Positions 39,368 to 47,431 of a stretch of 64,000 bases of DNA are shown piece by piece. The position numbers were made by a program, and so were the translations under genes. The stretch lies in the IMG/VR virus record IMGVR_UViG_3300035208_003115, one strand, 5' to 3'. The notes under the pieces were generated by a model. The model saw nothing but the letters and a program-made list of their open reading frames with translations, was not told the DNA's origin and ran no database searches. The stretch is from a virus. Lineage: Duplodnaviria > Caudoviricetes. The stretch's first letter is position 1, and every line of letters begins with the position of its first letter.

Positions 39368-41187
39368 TATATACTCCGCTTAGTTGGTCGGTTATGCTTT
39401 TGCGATTTATACTTGCCAGCTTTCCAAAGTCTATGCTGGCCAAACCACGAACGGGTATCTACTGGGATATCTCTTGGTGACACGATAGAGGGATTTTTCG
39501 CTGTCTTGTCTATCACCTTAACGGATCCATCTGGGTTCTCTTCTGGAAACTCAGACGGAGTCAGCTTTGGTTTCTCACCGAACTTCCCTGTTATCCTCAT
39601 GTTCGTAGCGTATATTGGACGGCCTAAATCTGTAAACTCTAGCGTATAGGCAAGTATCGCTAGATTAAATGCATCTAGAACGTGATCATTTCCCTTGGCG
39701 TATACCGGACGGCCTTCAGTCGTCGTATGGTCTATGACATAGTCTCTAAATTGTTTCTCCAGTTCTTTATCACTCTTATTGAGAACAATTAGATTCTTCT
39801 CAAAGAACATTCTAGAGTTATTAACCATGAACGGTTTCATGTGCTTTTTGATCATCTGTTTTGTGTGAGGATCTCTTACTTCGCACATAGAGGCCATATC
39901 AACGGCTCGTAGCTTTTGAACCATCCGAGACTCTGAATGCTTGTGCCCATACCGCCTAAGGTCTTCGACCTGCTGATGTCCATATCCCGCATCCACATAA
40001 ATGTGGCGGGGATTCCACATATAGTTCAGCTCAATAATTCTATTAACAGCTTTTGTCTGAGCGTATTCGATATCTCCTACGCTCTCTCTGGATACTACAC
40101 GAAAACGACCTCGAATACCAGCATGAAAATCTTCCTCATTAACCATCCCAGTATCATATTCTACAACTACAATTTGAACTCCATTCTTTGCCGAATTCCA
40201 GTCAACACCTATTACATATATGCACCCAGCCTTGGGTATTTGAGCCTTATAGTCCCACTTACCTTGTTCTCCAAAGAATAATCTTGCGTTCTCTTTGGCT
40301 CTGTCTACCCAAACGTGAGGATATACACCCTGTAACTGTTCTCCAAAGTCTGCCTCAACTTCGTGGAGCCATTCTGCACTTTCCTTAGACCCATACAAGT
40401 CTAAGAACTGAGATTCCATGTCTGGGCCCCAAGTCGGACTTTCTTGTGACCTAAAGTGAAATTCTTTGAATCTTTCGCTACCGCACCATTTATAAAAGTG
40501 CTTATGGGCACCAGTTGGAGTCGAAGAGGCCCAGAGCATCTTATTATAATCTTCACTCTCATCGGTCTTGGTTAAGACCATCATGATGGTATTAATATCT
40601 TCAGTAGAGAGATAATCTGCTTCGTCTAGAACAACGACGTCAGCTGATTGACCCCGAATATTTGATGCGGCCATTCCCGACTTAGTTCCGGCAGTCATCC
40701 CCAGGACTTGAGAACCGTTACGGAGCTTAAGCGTATAGGGGTCCTTAACATAGTTTGCGACAGAGCTATCAAATTCTTTAGATACACCTCTCCATTTTTC
40801 AAATCTCTCAAAGATAAGTTTGATTTGGGATTCCTGCGGAGCGATAATCAGAACTTTCTTATCTTTGTGGGTAAAAGCATAGTGAAGAGAAAAGATTGCT
40901 AGGGTCTCCGACTTCCCGGCCTGGCGACCTATACGTGTTACTTTACGGAGAGAAGTGCACTTGGCCATCAGCTCTTGATAACTTCTAAGAGTAATGCCGA
41001 GTTGCTTCCTAGACCATCTAGCAATATCCAGAAGATCTCTAAGAGATTCTTTCTCCTCCTCAGTATATGCGGAAACAGGCATTCCCTCTAAAACGTCCTC
41101 TTTAATTCCAGAGCACTGTAGAAGAGATGCCTGCTCTCCGAAACGTCTTTTTCTAGATGCTATACAAGATTCACATGCTGGGTGCAT
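39367..41187 (-). CDS. terL: Terminase large subunit
   Basis: Walker A GRQAGKSE, Walker B VVLDEAD, motif III SSTP, nuclease IGVDWN and DHVLDAF. Confidence 0.95.
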   Translation of the reverse strand: MHPACESCIASRKRRFGEQASLLQCSGIKEDVLEGMPVSAYTEEEKESLRDLLDIARWSRKQLGITLRSYQELMAKCTSLRKVTRIGRQAGKSETLAIFSLHYAFTHKDKKVLIIAPQESQIKLIFERFEKWRGVSKEFDSSVANYVKDPYTLKLRNGSQVLGMTAGTKSGMAASNIRGQSADVVVLDEADYLSTEDINTIMMVLTKTDESEDYNKMLWASSTPTGAHKHFYKWCGSERFKEFHFRSQESPTWGPDMESQFLDLYGSKESAEWLHEVEADFGEQLQGVYPHVWVDRAKENARLFFGEQGKWDYKAQIPKAGCIYVIGVDWNSAKNGVQIVVVEYDTGMVNEEDFHAGIRGRFRVVSRESVGDIEYAQTKAVNRIIELNYMWNPRHIYVDAGYGHQQVEDLRRYGHKHSESRMVQKLRAVDMASMCEVRDPHTKQMIKKHMKPFMVNNSRMFFEKNLIVLNKSDKELEKQFRDYVIDHTTTEGRPVYAKGNDHVLDAFNLAILAYTLEFTDLGRPIYATNMRITGKFGEKPKLTPSEFPEENPDGSVKVIDKTAKNPSIVSPRDIPVDTRSWFGQHRLWKAGKYKSQKHNRPTKRSI

Positions 41188-41199
41188 TACAGATTCCGA

Positions 41200-41535
41200 T
41201 TAGATTTTTCCCTGCATCTTCTTTTTCAAGAAGTCCATGATGGCTTCCGGAGACGGATTCGTGTCGATAGGCTTGCTGTCACTAATCTCGTCGTCGGCTC
41301 CTCTCTTCTCAATCGTGAAGTTGGTGGACTTTTCTGTCCCATCGTCCATTGTCTCTTTAACATTATAGGAGAGGGCGATAACTGGAATCGGATCAGAGCA
41401 TATATTATCGTGCCACTCAACGGTGCTATACATCCGGAAATGGATATCGGTGATTTCACCCTTGGGCTTTTTACCATCAACAGAAACGACCGTACCCTTG
41501 ACGCTCATATCGCTAGTGACGCTAATTTCTGACAT
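41200..41535 (-). CDS. Hypothetical protein
   Basis: 111 aa, RBS AAGGAG, in operon. Confidence 0.6.
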   Translation of the reverse strand: MSEISVTSDMSVKGTVVSVDGKKPKGEITDIHFRMYSTVEWHDNICSDPIPVIALSYNVKETMDDGTEKSTNFTIEKRGADDEISDSKPIDTNPSPEAIMDFLKKKMQGKI

Positions 41536-41546
41536 TGAATTACTCC

Positions 41547-42110
41547 TTAACGGTGATATAGGAACGCTTCGGTTCCCATTGACTGACGACCATTAAATTC
41601 CGAATCGTGCATAGCCCTAATAGCCCGCTGCCTATCTGTCGCGGCGATTCCATTAAGAGCGACACTACCCGCATTCATATCGGGTCTCTCTAGCTCATAT
41701 CCCAGTCGCTGTATCCCCTTAAATCCATGGTACGAAGCGCCATATAGCATCGGAGCCAAGAAGAGAAAGTTAGCTACTCCTAGAGCTCTTGAGGTAATTA
41801 CCGAAGCCGACTTCTTCATCATCGAAGTTCGAGCTTGGCTCTTCCAGAGAGAACGAGGCATCTTTCTCCTCATATTTCTCTTTGGATATTGCTTATTATA
41901 GTATTGGTCGAAAACCTTATTTCTAGCTGGGCCTGAAGTCTTTCGTGCTCGGTTATAGAGCCCGGGATTATTTTGGAGAAATTTATCTTTCTTTAACCAT
42001 GAGTCTAGGAATCCTGTTCCAACCCAGGCTCCCATCATGGCAAGAGGTCCAGCCATTCCTGGAGTTTCCTCCGCCTCACCCTGGTTATCGTTATAATAGG
42101 TAGCTTGCAT
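41547..42110 (-). CDS. Small basic protein with hydrophobic helices (possible internal virion protein)
   Basis: 187 aa, tightly packed in operon. Confidence 0.5.
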   Translation of the reverse strand: MQATYYNDNQGEAEETPGMAGPLAMMGAWVGTGFLDSWLKKDKFLQNNPGLYNRARKTSGPARNKVFDQYYNKQYPKRNMRRKMPRSLWKSQARTSMMKKSASVITSRALGVANFLFLAPMLYGASYHGFKGIQRLGYELERPDMNAGSVALNGIAATDRQRAIRAMHDSEFNGRQSMGTEAFLYHR

Positions 42111-42112
42111 GG

Positions 42113-42643
42113 TTATCTTTTCTTATGCATTCCAAGGACTACGTCGCCAGTCGCATTCATGGAATCCATGAGAGCGCTAACTCCTGCAGTTCCAGCGGAT
42201 CCACCCATGACATCTGTTACGTTCGGAGAACCAATAGTTCCCATTCCCGGGGCTCTTTCGTTGTCAAAAGCCGCCATTCCTAAGCCCAGAGGGGCTGCGG
42301 CTGCTAAGGCCATTCCGGGGTTTCTATAAATCCATCCTCCAGCCTTTATCGCTCCATGGGCTGCTCCACCCGCAGCTGTTCGTAGGGCTCCAAGTCCGCC
42401 CCGAAACGCCGCTCCACCATATGCTCCGGCAAACCCTCGTCCTGCCCAACCGACTTTGGCTGCTCCCATTCCCATACCAGCAACTGCTTTGGTCGCTCCC
42501 CAGGCCCCCTTAAGCCCCATCTTAAGACCGCCGAATAACATGCGACCTCCAATTGGAGACATTAGAGCTAGTCCCGCTACACCTCCTAGCGATTTGACTA
42601 GTTCTTCAGAAGAGGATGAGCCTTCAGAGATTTGGTATGGCAT
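42113..42643 (-). CDS. Gly/Ala-rich small protein (possible internal virion protein)
   Basis: 176 aa with glycine-zipper-like segments. Confidence 0.5.
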   Translation of the reverse strand: MPYQISEGSSSSEELVKSLGGVAGLALMSPIGGRMLFGGLKMGLKGAWGATKAVAGMGMGAAKVGWAGRGFAGAYGGAAFRGGLGALRTAAGGAAHGAIKAGGWIYRNPGMALAAAAPLGLGMAAFDNERAPGMGTIGSPNVTDVMGGSAGTAGVSALMDSMNATGDVVLGMHKKR

Positions 42644-42646
42644 AAA

Positions 42647-43048
42647 TTACATCTGCCACTGGCCGGGACCAGAGGGTCCCACAGTCGGAGGGAGGGCGCG
42701 TTGGCCAACATTTCTCATTGGGCGACCGCCGCCCCGGAACTTACTCCATTGGCCTCGAGCTCCAGCCATGGCTCCTTTGCCAAATGCTACGGCATTCATT
42801 GCATACCCCTGCGCTCTTGCTCCAAATGCACCACGGTATGCAGAACCAAATGCCGTTCCACCAGCAGCTGCAAGACCAAGGCCGCCTAGCATGGGACGGT
42901 CATTCGCATACCCATAAGCTGCAACGGCTGATCCGGCCGCGATGGTTGAATATCTGGCGAGAGAGTTGGAAAGGACGTAGTCTCCTCCCATTTTTGCACG
43001 ACCGATAACTGACCGTGCCAAATTGCCCATTCCTGTAAACCTTGGCAT
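42647..43048 (-). CDS. Gly/Ala/Arg-rich small protein (possible internal virion protein)
   Basis: 133 aa, RBS GAGGAG. Confidence 0.5.
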   Translation of the reverse strand: MPRFTGMGNLARSVIGRAKMGGDYVLSNSLARYSTIAAGSAVAAYGYANDRPMLGGLGLAAAGGTAFGSAYRGAFGARAQGYAMNAVAFGKGAMAGARGQWSKFRGGGRPMRNVGQRALPPTVGPSGPGQWQM

Positions 43049-43060
43049 ATTATTCTCCTC

Positions 43061-43288
43061 TTACTTAAAGCGGAATCGGCCTACGGAGACTCCCTTGCCC
43101 TTGCGAGTCATCTTTGAGGCCTCTTGGACAATACGAGCTTCTGGTGTATTGATATTCTCAAACGTAGAACGGAATTGTTTCCTGGGAGCTTTACCCGCGG
43201 CGAATAGTTCATTAAGTCCGCTTCTACTCATTGGTCCGTGCTTGGCTCCGGAATTTGCACCAGGACTTTTATCGTGCTTCTTAGCCAT
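43061..43288 (-). CDS. Small basic hypothetical protein
   Basis: 75 aa K/R-rich; RBS AGGGG. Confidence 0.5.
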   Translation of the reverse strand: MAKKHDKSPGANSGAKHGPMSRSGLNELFAAGKAPRKQFRSTFENINTPEARIVQEASKMTRKGKGVSVGRFRFK

Positions 43289-43324
43289 GTTATTTCCCCT
43301 TCTTCTTCTTTTTCTTGCAGGCCA

Positions 43325-43780
43325 TTATATTTTTCTCCTTCTTCTTGCTCTCTTCTTGGTAACCGAGGATTCCCAGTTCTTAATTAGGGGCTTGTACTGC
43401 TTCCCGAGTTCACGATATTCTTTCTTAGCAATGATGTGAATCGTTTCTTCGGGGTTCAACTGAATAAAGAGTCGGATGCGCTTCTTATCATCCTTGTTCC
43501 ATAGACCCTTGGTCTCTATCCACTTGGCATTCCATGGATTAGGATCTAGAAGTTCAAAGTCCGGGAGGTAACTTAGAGACCCAGTTAGCCAGAAGCGGTG
43601 AGGCTCATATCTCCAGCGAATTCCGAGATGGTTAAGAACTCTTGCATAGTTCGCTTCCCAAGAAGATCTAAATTCCATAGAGCCGATATCAGCTCTAGCT
43701 CCGTGATGTGAATTACGGTTTAGAACTTTCCGTACAGATACTTCCCGTTCTCCAGCCAAAAAAGCTTTAATATTATCCAT
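43325..43780 (-). CDS. PD-(D/E)XK endonuclease
   Basis: FRSSWEANYA...YEP...YLPDF...IETKG, similar in pattern to T7 endonuclease I-like/head-completion nucleases. Confidence 0.8.
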   Translation of the reverse strand: MDNIKAFLAGEREVSVRKVLNRNSHHGARADIGSMEFRSSWEANYARVLNHLGIRWRYEPHRFWLTGSLSYLPDFELLDPNPWNAKWIETKGLWNKDDKKRIRLFIQLNPEETIHIIAKKEYRELGKQYKPLIKNWESSVTKKRARRRRKI

Positions 43781-43796
43781 GCGTCCTTTAATGCTT

Positions 43797-44300
43797 TCAT
43801 TCTGTTTTTCCTGGGTAACCGACGGAGTGCCAAGCCTCTATTTCGTCCGCTTCAAATTCGAGGGCCATCTCATTGATAATATCATCTACAGAGATACTGG
43901 AGCCTTCGCTTGTGATTTTGCAGCCTGAAATAGACATGGTTGAGATATTTCCGTATTCATTTACTCCCGTAAGAACAACCTTGAACTTCGGAATTTCATC
44001 CACATAATTGACCTTGTCCATAAACTGAGAAAGAGCGTGGCGGTCGAATAATACAAATGTCATACTCCCAGTAATCTTGCGGGGTAAGGGAATTAGATTA
44101 AATAATCTCTTTCTAGAGATGTGCCAAGAAATACCTTGAACTTCTCCAACACGGCATCCGTTTATCTCACAGATGATGTCGCACCCGCTATATGAGGTAT
44201 AAACTTTTACCGGAGACCTACTTCCAAGCACACATGCGGTCTTCTTAGTTTTACTAGACTCTGGTTCTGGCATTGGTATTCTCCCTTTAAATCTTAACAA
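43797..44300 (-). CDS. Fourth, displaced tail tube-family paralogue
   Basis: YTSYSGCD, VGEVQGISW, FVLFDRHAL, GVNEYG, EGSSISVDDIINEMA, nearly identical to motifs of 26228..26875. Confidence 0.8.
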   Translation of the reverse strand: MLRFKGRIPMPEPESSKTKKTACVLGSRSPVKVYTSYSGCDIICEINGCRVGEVQGISWHISRKRLFNLIPLPRKITGSMTFVLFDRHALSQFMDKVNYVDEIPKFKVVLTGVNEYGNISTMSISGCKITSEGSSISVDDIINEMALEFEADEIEAWHSVGYPGKTE

Positions 44301-44314
44301 TAAATTGGTCTTTT

Positions 44315-45514
44315 TTAACGAATTGCGATGCGGGACATGAACTTAGAGGCTCCTTTTGCCGCTTTGGCTAAAACACCAACTAATCCCACTGTTGGTCGGC
44401 TTTTAAGAGCGTCCGATGTGCTTTGCTGTAACCGTGTTATGGCGTGCCGGGCAATAGTTTGAGGGGAGTTCATCTTAATATTTATCATTGTGTTACGCTT
44501 AGAAACATAAGAGTCGGAGGCTCCGAATGAAGTTCGTCTCTGTGTGAGCCAACTGAACTTAGCACTTTTTCGGGTGTGCTCAATCCGGGGTCCTAAAGCT
44601 GTAATGTCTCTTTGAACCTGAGCTTTTACGGGTGAACTCAGTCCCTCAAGTTCTCGGCTTAACTGCTTGGCATTTAATCCTTTAAACCCAGACATATAGG
44701 CTAGATACTCTTCACCATAATGTGCTACCTGGCGAACATTTCTTTCTTTTAAGAAGACTCTACGAGCACCTGCTATCGTAGATTTTTGCATGGCGTTAGC
44801 GGCTTTGCCCTCCGTAACGTTACTATATATGTGCTGACGCTCGTGTCTTATAATATTTCTAATATTGGGCCCATCTTTAAGACCCGTCTTTACAAAGGCA
44901 ACTTCAGGGGTGTGATATCCGGCGGCCAATGCATCATCTATATCCGATATAAATCTTGAGGCGGAGGCTTGAGCCGAGGGATCGTTCTTCGCTCCCTCTC
45001 TAACCATGTTCTGGAGGCTAGAGAGTGGGCCAGATCCCATGTCTACAGTAGCTCGACCCGGGGTAATAACAAAGCCAGCGGAATCGGTATAGTTCGCTGT
45101 TAGCATCTTAGCTATTTCCGGGGATATTCCAATAAGACCTCTCCATCCAGAACCGAAGTCAGTCATACCACGAATTACACTGGTTCCGTATCCACTATTT
45201 CCGGGGTGCATTCCAGAGAAGAAACCAGTTGGGCTTATTCCAGATAGAAGAGGAGTAGAGTAACGGAAGATAGCTTCGATGCGGTTGGAGATGTCGGAGT
45301 AGACGGTATTTCGAGAACGACCATAGTAGTCAGCCTTCCGGCCATGAAAGAGGGGATTACCTTGTGCGCCAGTTAATCCCGCTGATTGAAAATTGCCACG
45401 ATAGCCAATAGCTCCGGCCGCTGCGAATGAGCGAGATAGAGATTGGTCATATGACCGGCGACGACCGGGAGATACTTCTCCCTGGCCTATCTGGTTAATT
45501 TGTCCGAATGGCAT
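44315..45514 (-). CDS. Basic protein with putative zincin (HExxH) metallopeptidase motif
   Basis: IIRHERQHIY plus downstream GEEYLAY. Confidence 0.5.
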   Translation of the reverse strand: MPFGQINQIGQGEVSPGRRRSYDQSLSRSFAAAGAIGYRGNFQSAGLTGAQGNPLFHGRKADYYGRSRNTVYSDISNRIEAIFRYSTPLLSGISPTGFFSGMHPGNSGYGTSVIRGMTDFGSGWRGLIGISPEIAKMLTANYTDSAGFVITPGRATVDMGSGPLSSLQNMVREGAKNDPSAQASASRFISDIDDALAAGYHTPEVAFVKTGLKDGPNIRNIIRHERQHIYSNVTEGKAANAMQKSTIAGARRVFLKERNVRQVAHYGEEYLAYMSGFKGLNAKQLSRELEGLSSPVKAQVQRDITALGPRIEHTRKSAKFSWLTQRRTSFGASDSYVSKRNTMINIKMNSPQTIARHAITRLQQSTSDALKSRPTVGLVGVLAKAAKGASKFMSRIAIR

Positions 45515-45517
45515 AGG

Positions 45518-46240
45518 TTAATTGACTGGCTTGGCTCGTTCCGCTTTAACCGTCTCAGCTCGAGCTTCAAGAGTTTTCCTTGCCTTCTCAAGCATCGAAA
45601 GCATATTCGCAGCGTTGGTAGAAGGATCAGTTGTTGATCCCGCTCCAACTTCGGCAATAGATCTGCGAGTTGCCAGGAGAGCATCTAAGAGCTTGAGTTC
45701 GCGACGGGAAAGTGTTTCTTCCCATGCAATGGCAGGATGAAGCTCATCTCGATACTGGGGGACTCCATCATCATCGACGGCAACAATTTGCTGCTTGATA
45801 AAATCCTCATATGCAAGACGGTTGGAGATGCGCATACGATAAATACTAAGCTTGGCCAGCTCCGATACTAGATTCATTTCTACAGAGTTTTCTACATTGA
45901 CTTGTAGATCACGACAAAGTTTAGAGGCCCATGTGCTCATCAGGTGAGCTTCCATGGGGCATGGTTGACTAAGCATATACGTAAAACCGTTCTGGAGAAG
46001 GGAGCAGGATTTCGCCATAGGGCACTGAGCGCCCTTGCAATACATCGGGACCATGGCGTGATATCCGTGTTCTAGATTCCGAACCGATAGAGCCACACGA
46101 CGCATTTGTTCAGGAGTTATATCTTGGACATTAGAGTGCTCGGCTTGAGCCGCTATTGCCTGGGCTAATAGAGGAGAAACCTCCTGGTTGTTTCCAGAAA
46201 GGCTACTGTCTGAGGCCGGGGTTATCTCTGAGGGTGACAT
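45518..46240 (-). CDS. Cys-cluster helical protein, candidate terminase small subunit
   Basis: CKGAQCPMAKSC...PCPME then helical region with HPAIAW...LLATRRS; upstream of TerL in the same operon. Confidence 0.4.
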   Translation of the reverse strand: MSPSEITPASDSSLSGNNQEVSPLLAQAIAAQAEHSNVQDITPEQMRRVALSVRNLEHGYHAMVPMYCKGAQCPMAKSCSLLQNGFTYMLSQPCPMEAHLMSTWASKLCRDLQVNVENSVEMNLVSELAKLSIYRMRISNRLAYEDFIKQQIVAVDDDGVPQYRDELHPAIAWEETLSRRELKLLDALLATRRSIAEVGAGSTTDPSTNAANMLSMLEKARKTLEARAETVKAERAKPVN

Positions 46241-46451
46241 ATTCTCTATAGACCTTTACTAGTTGTTCAAGTTCGGGTAAGCATGTTTCAATCGGCATCT
46301 GTTTGGCAATTAGATGCAGATATTGACAGTCCTCCCCGTTCTTCGATAAAAGATATCTAAACTGGAAGTACGGATTATCACCCTTGTTGATAGTATCTAT
46401 TTTCGTATGAAGCTTATTAAGGGCGATATATACTTCGCGGGGTGTTGACAT
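46203..46451 (-). CDS. Hypothetical protein
   Basis: 82 aa ORF overlapping the next gene start. Confidence 0.5.
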   Translation of the reverse strand: MSTPREVYIALNKLHTKIDTINKGDNPYFQFRYLLSKNGEDCQYLHLIAKQMPIETCLPELEQLVKVYREYVTLRDNPGLRQ

Positions 46452-46521
46452 TCCCGATCCTTAAGAAGACCCGCCTATTTGAGCTTTGCGATGATGCAAG
46501 AGGCTTGACGGGTATGCTCGA

Positions 46522-46908
46522 TTAGAGTTTTGACCAGTCTCTAATTTTTGCTTGAATAACCTTTTCATCCGCAGATGGGTCGGGACCATACTTCTTAATC
46601 ATCGTTGCTGTTTTCTCGATGATGGGGCCCTGAAATATCTGCTCTCTATCGGGTTTCCGATTCTTCTCTGCGTAGACGTAAGGTTTCCCGGAGAGATAGG
46701 TTCTGGCTAGGTGTGTCGCCCGGGAGGCGTTACAGACGTAGTATCGCCTATGAAACTGGAGTGAGTTTAATTTATTACTTAAACTCTCCGTCTTCTCGCC
46801 TTTTAGTTTCAGATACTTGATTTGTTTCTTGAGCTTTTCCTCTTCGTGACGGATAATTGCTGGCTCAAGAGCCAGGTGCTTTGCTTTAATCTTTAATTCG
46901 ATGCTCAT
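46522..46908 (-). CDS. Basic phage hypothetical protein controlled by the amber leader
   Basis: 128 aa MSIELKIKAKHLALEPAIIRHEE...; its RBS GGGAGA lies in the 3' arm of a hairpin. Confidence 0.7.
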   Translation of the reverse strand: MSIELKIKAKHLALEPAIIRHEEEKLKKQIKYLKLKGEKTESLSNKLNSLQFHRRYYVCNASRATHLARTYLSGKPYVYAEKNRKPDREQIFQGPIIEKTATMIKKYGPDPSADEKVIQAKIRDWSKL

Positions 46909-46911
46909 TGT

Positions 46912-46959
46912 ATTCTCCCTATGATAAGTTTTTTGCTACAAAACTTGACATCGGAGAAT
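46912..46959 (-). promoter_or_regulatory. RBS-sequestering hairpin
   Basis: AUUCUCC-G-AUG-UC-AAGUUUU / AAAACUU-AU-CAU-AG-GGAGAAU covers the SD of the gene starting at 46908. Confidence 0.75.
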
Positions 46960-46993
46960 GCGGTGGTGGACGGATTCTGTTCTAGTACTTCAT
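46919..46993 (-). CDS. Leader peptide with in-frame amber codon: MKY*NRIRPPPHSPMSSFVAKNLS*
   Basis: SD AGGAGGA (47001-47007) 7 nt before ATG 46993; TAG at codon 4 (46982-46984); second TAG at 46919-46921. Confidence 0.7.
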
Positions 46994-47011
46994 TTCCTAT
47001 TCCTCCTGAAT

Positions 47012-47085
47012 TGGTGCCCCTAGTGGGATTCGAACCCACGTAGATCGTTTTAGAGACGACCGCATTGCCATTATGCTATAGAAGC
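47012..47085 (-). tRNA. Amber suppressor tRNA (anticodon CUA)
   Basis: 74-nt cloverleaf GCTTCTA TA GCAT-AATGGCA-ATGC G GTCGT-CTCTAAA-ACGAT CTAC GTGGG-TTCGAAT-CCCAC TAGGGGC A CCA. Confidence 0.92.
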
Positions 47086-47099
47086 GGTTATGGCCTCAA

Positions 47100-47176
47100 T
47101 GGTTGCAGGGGAGGCGCTCGCATCCTCGTATCCGGGGTATGAACCCGGCCTGGGTCTATCTCCAGAGTACCCTGCT
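47100..47176 (-). tRNA. Atypical initiator-like tRNA-Met (CAU)
   Basis: A1:A72 mismatch; anticodon stem CCGGG/CCCGG with loop TTCATAC; encoded CCA; T-loop TGCGAGC and D-arm non-canonical. Confidence 0.7.
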
Positions 47177-47182
47177 ATACAC

Positions 47183-47211
47183 ATCCTAACAAGAAAAGGC
47201 TTAGTTTTCAA
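47183..47211 (-). promoter_or_regulatory. Sigma70-type promoter of the tRNA cassette
   Basis: TTGAAA-N17-TAGGAT with TG extension; predicted +1 coincides with the tRNA-Met 5' end (47176). Confidence 0.6.
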
Positions 47212-47214
47212 GTC

Positions 47215-47427
47215 TTATCTTTTGCTATAATCCTTCATCCATTTACGAAAGGCAGCAACAATCTCGTGCGGATCCTCGCTTTCATATCCTGAAAGAATAA
47301 ACTTACCATCTTCGGTTATCTGAATGATAGGTAGTTCTTGGTTTCCTATCATAAAAGAAATATCTCTTGGGAGATATGACCCAAGATTATTACAGCTCTG
47401 ATCTATCTCGATATTATATTCACTCAT
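47215..47427 (-). CDS. Hypothetical protein
   Basis: 70 aa, co-directional and tightly packed. Confidence 0.5.
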   Translation of the reverse strand: MSEYNIEIDQSCNNLGSYLPRDISFMIGNQELPIIQITEDGKFILSGYESEDPHEIVAAFRKWMKDYSKR

Positions 47428-47431
47428 GTTA

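Noticed and set aside
47012-47085. tRNA-Pyl (pyrrolysine)
   Set aside because: It shares the CUCUAAA loop but has a canonical GG D-loop, TTCGA T-loop and 5-bp anticodon stem; no pyl genes in the window
46994-47099. HDV-like (theta) ribozyme at tRNA 3' ends
   Set aside because: Both tRNAs encode CCA, and I could not fold the short trailers into the nested double pseudoknot
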